A stretch of DNA of 62,993 nt, the filler included, from Lenisia limosa (taxonomy: Eukaryota; Protista; Breviatea): assembly GCA_001655205.1 (NCBI GenBank). It is 11 parts of 11 records of this genome, joined end to end, with 100 filler letters (N's around TTAATTAATTAA, not from the genome) between each part and the next. Parts side by side here need not be neighbours in the genome. Positions count along the whole stretch, not along the records: positions 49,188 to 53,204 come from LPNZ01000808.1; positions 53,305 to 54,318 come from LPNZ01005001.1; positions 54,419 to 59,268 come from LPNZ01006862.1; positions 59,369 to 62,993 come from LPNZ01011216.1; 7 more parts are not named here. The stretch is one strand, 5' to 3'. A program made the position numbers and the translations under genes. Numbering within the stretch: position 1 is the first letter of the stretch; each line of letters opens with the position of its first letter. Positions 49,880-59,729 of the stretch are shown piece after piece. Below the pieces are notes generated by a model that saw only the letters and a program-made list of their open reading frames with translations, was not told where the DNA came from and searched no databases.

Positions 49880-52800
49880 GCTCTCCCCCCTCACTTTTGA
49901 AGCACCAAGGGGATACCCTCGGGGGCTCTCATCACTTTGGGGTGATGGTAGGGGCTCAGGGACACGAGGTTGCGGGGATGAAGAATGGGGGGATGGGGAC
50001 TTTGGACTGGTGGCAGGAACTGACGCGGGTGCGGCTGTTTTGGTTATGCAGCAATGGTAAATATGTTATTGCGCGTACTCACGCCATCACTTCCTAAGTG
50101 TGTCTCCCCTCATACCATCATAATTCCAAGATCATACTCAACTAACATTCTCCTTGGATTTATACTCAACCATCATAGGTTCAAAAAAAAAAGACTGAAT
50201 TTCTCGAAAAATCCTGGAAAACTATCGACAATTTACCGGTCTTTTTCAAACCAAAGTGAATCCCTCCCTAATTACAGACCTGCAGTCCACCCAGCATACC
50301 AACAAGCTCAGCAGGGGGTATCGAGGGCTTGGCAACAGACCGTCCAAAACCTGCTAGGAAAGACCCAGGTGTGACCTGTCTGGCTTGGGGCTTTCCCCGA
50401 GCACCCCAGAGGGACTGCTGGGGAGTACCCCTGATATACTCCGCCATTGTGATAGTAGGCCTGTCCGGGTCTTTTGGCGTCGGATGGCTCATATGTGGTG
50501 CCTGGATCGGTTAGATCTGATTCCTACTTCATTCAGGGGGGGGGGTATCGAGAAGTTACCGAGGATTTATCGAGGGTTTATTTTATCAAGGGTTTATCGA
50601 AGATTTATCAAGGATTTATCAAGGATTGTTGAGAAAGACGTCTGTCTGGACCCCAGGTCCCCAGCATACAGACGTTGAGGGCGGGCTGTGGGGTGTCTTT
50701 GGTGAAATAGGCGGGCTAGGACCACAGCCGCTTGAAACAGATGTAGGTACCTGGTGGAGGGGTAATGAGGGTAAAAGGAGATGTGTAGTTAGAGCTTCAC
50801 TTCGGTTCGAAAAAAAGACTAAATTGCTCGATAAATCCTCGAAAACTATCGATATTTCCCTGGTTTTTTCCGAACCGAATTAGCCCTATGTGTAGTCTTT
50901 GAATTGACTCCTTTATACATGTACTCTGCAGTCCGTAACAATTACCACTCTCTTTTGGGATTGAGTATCCTGTTACCCCCCTTTTTCCAGTATAAACACC
51001 CCACCAATTTCCCCTCTTTTCTAGGATAGAGGATTTTGTCGCCCGGCCCAGGAGCCGCAGTAGATTGACATCCTGAAATATGAAGTGTGAAATTGAAGAA
51101 ATGTGAAACGTGAAGGAGTTGGACTTATCACCTTGTCATGGCCTTTTTCCAAATATCGAAACAAACATAAAAGGATTCCTTGATTGCAGAAAAGTATTTT
51201 TCGATTTCGAATATGAAAATATGTAAAGGTCAAAGTCTTTTTGGGCCTGGATTGCGGGTTGGACCGACCCCATCAAGGGCAAAAGACCAATGGTGCCTCA
51301 CATCATGCTACTGAGTTGGACTCAGGGCTTCACTTCGGTTCAAAAAAGACCGGTAAATTATCGGTAGTATTCGATGATTTATCGAGAAATTCAGTCTTTT
51401 TTTGAACCAAAGTGAAGCCCTAATGGACTACGTTAACAATGGTGGACTACGTTAACAATGGCTCACCTTGGTGCTCAGCAAGTTCTGCAGGGAGAGGCTT
51501 GGGCACGGGCTGAAACAATTATTATATTAGTGGGGGATACTGCCACTGTGAGGGGATGTCAAATATTGCTGGAATTTTTTTTCAGCTTATGTATTGAACA
51601 AGGCTTGCTTACGAAGAAATAATTTACTCATGACGCAGATATTGTACCATACCATATCATATGTGTGTTGCCTAAGCTTAACACATCATATGATATACTT
51701 TTCAACTATCTTCTATTATGTTAACATAACGATAAAAATGGATTGAATTCAAAACATGGTTAAGATAAAAATGGATAGTTCAATAAAAGAGCTTGACTAA
51801 ACATACATGTTGATAAGCCTTGTCCCGGACTTTGGATTCAGGTTTAGAAGAGAAAAGTGCGCGATCCCCAGGGGCCTCGCCTGTCGACGCCTGACACCCT
51901 GGTAAAGTGTTAATTTCTTGGAGGGGTGTGTATGAAACAAAGCGTTAATGTTTTGGAAGGAGAAAAGAGCTGTTAGTAAAGAACAACTACACATCAGTCT
52001 AATTTTATTCATCACTTTAATCCGAAATTATCAGTAAAGTTAAAAGTATCGAGAGTTCCTGAGGGTTATCGATAGTGTTAGTCTCAAGTACAATGAAGAC
52101 TGACATTACTTTCTTCCCTACCTTGGCTTTCAGCTTTGTCAGCTGGAAGAGACTTAGGTACAGGCTAAATTGTGAGAAACGATCAGACCTTCCAGCAATG
52201 TCCACCTCTCCCTAAACCTAACCCCCTCCCACATGGCTGTAGGGCTCCTCGACTTTCTCCACGCAGGGCGGTCGTTTTGAAGCGAAAATGACACGGTCTC
52301 CCGGTGCGGGGGCCGCTGAGGACTGGCATCCTGCAAGATTAATAGATCAGGAGCTTCGGTCAGGTACAATCCCAATGTGTAGACAGATTTCGGCACAATA
52401 ATCCATATCTTTTTTAAAGTTGATGGTGCGGACGGCTAAGGCCTTATACTAGAGTCAATATCGTATAAACGTGATGGTGCGGACGGCTTCGCCACTCGTT
52501 TTATCTTCATGTGCAGGTTTCCACATTTGCCATCCAACCTTGGTGTTCAGCCTTGTCAGCGTCGAGAGGTTTGGGGATTGGCTAGAAAGATAACGCGAGA
52601 AAAATAAAGTAGAAATAAGATGAGGAAAAATAAAGTAGAGATAAGGTGAGGAAAAATAAAGTAGAGAGCAGGTGAGGAAAAATAGAGAGCAGGTGAGGAA
52701 AAATAAAGTAGAGAGCAGGAAGGTAGGAAAGCATAGGTAGAGATGAGGAGAGAAACAACAAAGATTAAGGGCACAGACAAATAAAGAGACTGGGTTGATA

Positions 52801-53204
52801 AAGAGTAAAGAGGGAAATCTGGCGCAAAGAATGAAGAAAGAGGCATTTTGGACAATATGCGAAATCACCAAACTTAATAGATTAAGTCAGTCAGCTTTCC
52901 CCACTCCTCCACTTCTCAAAAATCACCAATCAGGTCACAATAAACATCACAGTAAGATCTCTCCCTGCCTCAAACAAGACCCTATATGGCTACCAAAGCC
53001 ATTTCCATTTCCGTTTTCCCTGGTGCAAACGTGTTGATATGGCGAGGCAGGGCGTGTGTCATTTGGCTGAACTTTGACCATTTCCCCGGGTGCGAAATTA
53101 TCATTGTCCACATCACCATAGAGAATGTTGCTCCGGAAGGGGGTGGAAGCTGGGAGGTTACGGATATCGGGAAATCAAGTTTAAGATTGAAAATGCTGCA
53201 ATGT
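49880..53204 (-). CDS. Modular repeat protein built from alternating P and G exons, followed by a Pro/Ser-rich region; 5' truncated
   Basis: Three 43-nt exons (52581-52539, 52164-52122, 51509-51467) alternate with GCQ...PGD exons (52330-52233, 51898-51807, starting 51072), all phase-compatible. Downstream exon phases are not fully resolved. Confidence 0.65.
50176..50265. mobile_element. MITE family 1A copy with eroded left TIR
   Basis: GGTTCAAAAAAAAAAGACTGAATTTCTCG...CAAACCAAAGTGAATCCC. Confidence 0.7.
50790..50888. mobile_element. hAT-type MITE family 1A copy in an intron
   Basis: TAGAGCTTCACTTCGGTTCG...CCGAACCGAATTAGCCCTA; perfect TSD tgtgtagt. Confidence 0.9.
51323..51422. mobile_element. 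hAT-type MITE family 1A copy in an intron
   Basis: CAGGGCTTCACTTCGGTTCAAAAAAGAC...GTCTTTTTTTGAACCAAAGTGAAGCCCTA, near-perfect ~28-bp TIRs. Confidence 0.9.
52595..52740. repeat. ~22-28-bp purine-rich intronic tandem repeat x5
   Basis: GAAAAATAAAGTAGAGA(T/GC)AGGTGAG units. Confidence 0.85.
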
Positions 53205-53304
53205 NNNNNNNNNNNNNNNNNNNNNNNNNNNNNNNNNNNNNNNNNNNNTTAATTAATTAANNNNNNNNNNNNNNNNNNNNNNNNNNNNNNNNNNNNNNNN
53301 NNNN
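53205..53304. other. Artificial scaffold spacer
   Basis: Same structure. Confidence 0.95.
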
Positions 53305-53372
53305 GTTTTGTTTTTTTTAATATTATTATTTTAATTTATTTTATTTTTTTTCCTCACCCCTCAGACCCCATC

Positions 53373-54294
53373 ATTGGAGTGGACTGCAATGTGGTCTCAA
53401 TTTGGCGCTCGCCTAAGTGCCCAAATAGACCTCCAGTTTGGTACAACACCCCTCCAACTCCCGCATCGGCAGCCATTTCCGCCCATCAGTCCTTCAGCCT
53501 CGATCTTGATCTTGCGCACGATTTGGACACCATTAGCGCCGGAGACGCTGTCACTTGCCACGCTGATCTTTCCGACATTTCTGTCAACACCACCTGGGTG
53601 GCCGCAAACGTTTCTGTCACTTCTATCATCGTCTTCATTGACCTCTCCACTATCACCCCCGGCACGCCAGCTGAAAATACCACTTTCATCCTCCGAGCCA
53701 TTTGTTCCGACGGAATAGCCGAGGTTTCTTCCGACACTGCCGTTTTCGCACAACATCCCGGAGTAGCGGAAGTTGTTCCGGAGGAACCCTCTCCTGAAGA
53801 ACAGGTGTCTGTCAGTTCCACTGAGTCTGCGACTGAGGAAGGAACCCCCGTTGTCCTCCAGGTTTGTGGGTCTCCTTGGGAGCAGGAGGAGTTTATGGGG
53901 GGAGGTGGGCTTCACTTCGGTTCGAAAAAAGACGGAATTTCTCGATAAATCCTTGATGTGTTTCGATAGTTCACCGATCTTTTTCTTGCTGGAGTGAAAC
54001 CCTGTGTTTGTCTTCTTGAGAGCAAGAATAGTATTTGTTTGTTGGTATGCAGAATTTGAAGTTGACTTCATAGTATATAAACTTATAACGTTGTAGTAAC
54101 TTTAATTTGTGTTTTTCACTCTGTAACAGCTGTAGTATGTGCTGTAGTTCAATAAGAACGCTTTTTGATCAAATTTATCAATATTTTAACGTCAGGTCAT
54201 TGGCGTCGGCGCTATTTTGGGCGTGGTGGCTGTCGGCCTCATCGTGTTTCTCCCATCCGAGAAGGAGGAAGAGACGCTGCCGTCATTGAAGCCT
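53373..54294 (+). CDS. C-terminal part of a type I membrane protein (beta-rich ectodomain, S/T/E stalk, TM helix)
   Basis: ORF 53379-53861 ends ...EEPSPEEQVSVSSTESATEEGTPVVLQ at a gtttgt donor. The next exon is VIGVGAILGVVAVGLIVFLPSEKEEETLPSLKP. Confidence 0.6.
53905..54004. mobile_element. MITE family 1A copy in an intron
   Basis: GGGCTTCACTTCGGTTCGAAAAAAGAC...GGAGTGAAACCCTG. Confidence 0.75.
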
Positions 54295-54318
54295 GTAGGG
54301 GGGAGGGGGGCATTTGAG

Positions 54319-54418
54319 NNNNNNNNNNNNNNNNNNNNNNNNNNNNNNNNNNNNNNNNNNNNTTAATTAATTAANNNNNNNNNNNNNNNNNNNNNNNNNN
54401 NNNNNNNNNNNNNNNNNN
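54319..54418. other. Artificial scaffold spacer
   Basis: Same structure. Confidence 0.95.
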
Positions 54419-54499
54419 GGGGGGACTCAATATATAACTTCAGCCTACTACTTCCTTTTTATCATTTTTACTACGTATTGTTCTACTGCATTAAACATT

Positions 54500-57135
54500 T
54501 AAGCGTGATGGTGTGGACAGCTTCGGCCAGATACAACCTTGTTTTATTTCTTGTTGCTATTTTTAACTACACTTCCTGTTATTTTAATTGCTTAACCGGT
54601 TTTAGGGATCAAATCAAAAGGACGACATGGAGCGGAACAGGTAATTATTTGGATATAGTTATACAATATATTATACATACTATATATTATACATATCGAT
54701 ATNNNNNNNNNNNNNNNNNNNNNNNNNNNNNNNNNNNNNNNNNNNNNNNNNNNNNNNNAAATAAACTGTATACCTTGGCCGTGGTGTCTTGGCGGATTCA
54801 TATTTAGAAATACCGTAAAATAAGGCGCACATTATACCATTGTTTATAGTACAGTGACCACAATCAGTCTTGACATGTTGAAAAAGTTCAGGACTAATCA
54901 CAAGGCAGTGTAATGTATTAATTAGTGATAATCCTGGCTAGTGCTTCCCTATGGTTCCAAAAAAGACTAAACATCTCGATAAATCCTCGAAAATAGTCGA
55001 TATTTTGACGATCTTTTTCGGACAGCAGGGAAGCCCTAATCCTGAGACACATATCATAATTGTTTTTAAGGTCTCGGCTCTTCACGATGGAACAGCCAAT
55101 ACTGTCCGGCACGCAAACACTGTCATTAACGACAAGAAGAGCACGTTGGCGTCTTGGGATTTGATAGGATAATAGGGGATGATCAGACATAATGGTCAGC
55201 TGTGAATGAGCTGACAATTATGTATGATCATCCACATGTGTGCCCAATATACAATATGGGCACACATATGGATGGGATTTACTTTTGAGGGGTCTTTGTA
55301 GTGGTGGTGTGTTTTAGTCTCAACACTCGGTTTTCAGAGGCTGAAATGAAAATCGCTTGCATTGTCTCATCTCTTAGGGATAAAATCCAAGAAATTCTTC
55401 ACAAAGAAACTGTGGCCAAGCGCTTCAAGTTCAACACAGGGATCAATTTGACTAATCGACCTGTGAGGCTTGGGGCCTGATTTATTTTTCTGAAGGGGTG
55501 ACAAGGGGCTGTTACTCTGGGATGGGGTCACCAAGGAGCTGCAATGCTGCAGATTATATTTTTGTGATTTTGTTTTCTTCCTTATAGTCTTATGGAAGGT
55601 CATCTTTTCTTTGTTATTATCTGTTGTTTTTTATATTAGGAGCTGTAGTACAGCTTCTCCTCGTTATAGAAAGTCATTGTGATGAATACCATCGTGGTTT
55701 CTGTTTACTATTATTGATTGCTACTATTTCAACTTCCATCAATCACTCTTTTCTCAGGCTGGCAATAGGCCAGTTCACCTTCTTCAGTGAACATCAACAG
55801 CCTTTTTGAAGAAGGTCTAAAGTGAACAAAAGGCTAGGCTGACAGAACCGAATACCAGCAATGAGTACTTCAAGCTGAAACATATTAAAAACACATAACA
55901 AAAAAAACCCTTTCTCGATGTGACGTCTAATTGGACACCAGCAATTGCCGTGCACAATCGAACGGTAAACATTTCAAGTATACATGTACTGTGTTCGTAT
56001 TTACCCGACTTCCTTGGCTTGTGATAAGTACCTGTTTTATACAGGTAAGAGCGAAAATCTAAATCTAGCTAAACGAGGGTGGAGGGGTGAGCTACTTTCT
56101 TCAAAGCTTTGGTGATTTTTTTGAGGAAAATTACATTCAGCTTAAGCCTCTTGTGGGATCAAACTAAGACACTCTCTCAACTGGGCTTCAGATGAAGGAC
56201 ACTGACAGGCTCATTGGCCTCACCGTTTGGATCAGTTTAACTGGGTCTAACATCCAACTATTTCCAATGATAGAGCATTTCAAAGAAATTTTATCGTTGA
56301 AACCCTTTAAGCTATTAGGACCATAGAGCCTTTCCCCTATCATCCATTAAGCTTTTGTGGCGAAGATTGCCGGTGCTCGAAACTCCTTTCGACTGCAAAT
56401 ACTTTGTGAATGCAAATTTAATCTAAAATGTTACCCATTTCACAAACAGTATACGCATATCAAGCTGAAACGTTGGTGTTCCTTGCCCGAATTGATATAA
56501 ATGAAAACCAATGAATTGGTGTAAAATTTTCGTTCTTCCTATTCAGGGCCAGTTCGTACCTCTGTAGAAAGTATGGCATACATTCAGTGGCTGTTGTCTT
56601 TGCCTCTATCGGGGTGTTAACGCGACCAAGAAGCTGTCAAACAGCACACTTGCCATGGAAACGAACCTTCAAGTAATTTACCTGTCAATAGGTTTTCGAC
56701 AGTTTAATATTCGCTCTATAAATATCGATATTTTGTCGATATTTATTGAAAATTCAACCATAAACATTTGGCTATTTGTTATAAAACTGGTTATAATGTC
56801 CATAGTTGCAGTATTTCAGGAGAGACAACAGTTCAGGAGAGTAATTTTGAAGGGGTCCAGGCTCATCGAAGCTCAAGCAAAGACTACCTCAAACTTAGCA
56901 TGGGCAAGTGTCTGGAGCGGAATAGCACGGTGACTCCTTGATAGCTACCCTTTATCAAAGACTTTTTGGTCAGGCGGTAGCCACAAGGTGCAAAACATGC
57001 TGTTCAGCTTTCATCAAGGCGGCGGCCGAAACCATTGAGCCGCTTGCTGACCTGTACCATCAACAGTTTGAGAAAATTTGCTACCCTCTAACTGTGTTTA
57101 CCTCTTCCCTCTTAACACAATCTCGCTTTCACTGA
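54500..57135 (+). CDS. Hypothetical multi-exon protein
   Basis: Exons VSALHDGTANTVRHANTVINDKKSTLASWD, DKIQEILHKETVAKRFKFNTGINLTNRP, AVATRCKTCCSAFIKAAAETIEPLADLYHQQFEK; intervening phases unresolved. Confidence 0.35.
54939..55038. mobile_element. hAT-type MITE family 1B copy
   Basis: TAGTGCTTCCCTATGGTTCC...GGACAGCAGGGAAGCCCTA; TSD atcctggc/atcctgag. Confidence 0.8.
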
Positions 57136-57930
57136 TAGTAAAGGCTTTTCCTGAAACTTTGAGCGCAAACATATCATTTTCGCCATTAGAAATCCCTCTT
57201 GGTTTTTCTTTCAAAATATAGTGCACATAGTCCTAGTTCTTTGCAATCTTTGACCTTTTCAGTAATTGCTTTTATGTGTTAACTTTTTAATCAAATATGT
57301 AATGTGGGCCTGTGTGTCTATATACCCATGATTGTGTGAGTTAATACTATAATCCACTATCTCTGATAAGTGTGGGTTTGATCCAGATACTTGTTTCATT
57401 TCTCATCTCTGTGTCTACACCAGTCTTTAGACACGCATGACTGCTTTAGACTCCCCTTCCCGCCAACGCCCAAAAAATTGTCACTGCTGCCGCCAAAGTC
57501 GTAGGCATGTTTATTTTTGAAAGAAATTAAAGATCTTGGGATACAAAATACTACATTGGGAAAATCAGGAAAATCATCTCAATAATAGGCTGAGTTTTGT
57601 TCTTCATAACCAGGATTAGTTTGAGCTTTTTTTTATTACATAAATTATCTGATTTTACGTACGCTGGAATGATGGGATGCGGTGCTGNNNNNNNNNNNNN
57701 NNNNNNNNNNNNNNNNNNNNNNNNNNNNNNNNNNNNNNNNNNNNNNNNNNNNNNNNNNNNNNNNNNNNNNNNNNNNNNNNNNNNNNNNNNNNNNNNNNNN
57801 NNNNNNNNNNNNNNNNNNNNNNNNNNNNNNNNNNNNNNNNNNNNNNNNNNNNNNNNNNNNNNNNNNNCTTGCCCTCAAACATGTTAAGGACTCCAGTGCT
57901 AGGGTGGGGGGAGGGTTTTGTCGAATAATA

Positions 57931-57993
57931 CCGATAAAATATCGAAGATTTTTCGACAATTTCAGTCTTTTTTAAAACCAAAGTGAAGCCTAA
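57931..57993. mobile_element. MITE family 1A half copy
   Basis: Core plus right TIR GTCTTTTTTAAAACCAAAGTGAAGCCTAA; left TIR missing. Confidence 0.65.
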
Positions 57994-59268
57994 GGTGTAC
58001 GGTAATATAGGGTTAAGTGATGGGGGGGGGGGGNNNNNNNNNNNNNNNNNNNNNNNNNNNNNNNNNNNNNNNNNNNNNNNNNNNNNNNNNNNNNNNNNNN
58101 NNNNNNNNNNNNNNNNNNNNNNNNNNNNNNNNNNNNNNNNNNNNNNNNNNNNNNNNNNNNNNNNNNNNNNNNNNNNNNNNNNNNNNNNNNNNNNNNNNNN
58201 NNNNNNNNNNNNNNNNNNNNNNNNNNNNNNNNNNNNNNNNNNNNNNNNNNNNNNNNNNNNNNNNNNNNNNNNNNNNNNGAGGGATACCATAAATTAATTA
58301 CCAATCCGTGACGCAAAACACCAAGACTGGGATCAGAGCAGAATTCGACTTAAAGCAGGATGCCGATCCAAATTTTGTGATTATCATACTGACCAAAATC
58401 TTCGTTAAATTCTAGTCGTAAGCAGTTAATAGACGTCACCGAACTTTTTTTTTGGATATCCGTGACAATTTATTGGCACCCGCTTTTTGGACCCCGGAAC
58501 TTCATTTCAGCACTTCTTCAAGTATTTGATTATTTTAGGCTCGGGCAATTGAAAATCTCAAGAACCTAGGGGGTGCAACACAGGCGGCGGTATGGGGGTC
58601 AAACTGACGCTACTATAAATACCCTTATAAAAATTCAAACGGTTTTTTTTCTCTCATTTCTGCATATAGTATATTATATAATTACATATATCATATAGCT
58701 AACGTATATTACATAAATATATATAATATCATATATTGTTGTAACAAATATACAATATATGTAGTTTGCATATCGATATAATTACTATTAATAATATCGA
58801 TAATAATAATTCTATCTATTTTCATTTATTCAGAAAACGGCTTCCAAAACCTCGATGATTCGCCGATCAACCGGGAGTGGCATTGACTGTGGGGTGGGGG
58901 CATACTATCACTTTTTTGATCTATTATGATATGATATCATACACTCTAAAGGTCAGTGAATAAAAAGGGGCCCAGTTTTTTTAAAAAGCTGATAAATTGA
59001 TCAGTAGTCAATCTTCTCCAAAACTAATTAGTAGAAAGCATATAATTATATATTTGACTTTGGGGAGTCCTTCCCGTCTCTACCTCATAATCCACTAACC
59101 TCCTCCCTTTGTCTAGTTTTTGCGTTGATTGCTCGTTTTAGTTATTTTTGTTTTTTGTTTGTTTGGAGTTTCAAATTCATCGGTTCGTGATTAGTACCTT
59201 TACGCCAATATTCTTTATCGAAATTTCCTTCGTTTTACTGTACGCTGGAGTGATGGGATGCGGTGCTG

Positions 59269-59368
59269 NNNNNNNNNNNNNNNNNNNNNNNNNNNNNNNN
59301 NNNNNNNNNNNNTTAATTAATTAANNNNNNNNNNNNNNNNNNNNNNNNNNNNNNNNNNNNNNNNNNNN
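59269..59368. other. Artificial scaffold spacer
   Basis: Same structure. Confidence 0.95.
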
Positions 59369-59729
59369 AAAAAAAAAAAAAAAAAAAAACTGAAACACAA
59401 TACATGTCTATTAGAAAGACTGGATGTATGATATAATATATTGTGAATTTCAGTTGTTTTTACAAACTTTCAGCATTCTTATAACACTGTTTCAAGACAG
59501 ATATTTTGAAATACTTTTGAGCATTTATTTGTATTACATATCATATCATATAATATAACTACAGATATTTTAACCAACTTTCAATTGGGCCTCCAATTCA
59601 CCAATTCGGCACTCCAAAACGCTTTTCTGTGCAACCGATTCAGTAATCTTGTTTCTAAAGGAGGAGGTAAATAAGAAATTTATGAACGTAAAATTCGAAA
59701 AATTATGTTACAAAAAGACGAAATCATTT

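Noticed and set aside
58290-59070. Non-coding AT-rich stretch as a possible ncRNA gene
   Set aside because: No tRNA cloverleaf, rRNA or snRNA motif was recognisable by eye; an Infernal/Rfam scan would be needed.
12588-59368. Recurrent TTAATTAATTAA motif as a biological signal (PacI-like site or CRISPR-like repeat)
   Set aside because: It is always centred in exactly 44+44 N and has stops in all six frames, so it is an artificial scaffold linker.
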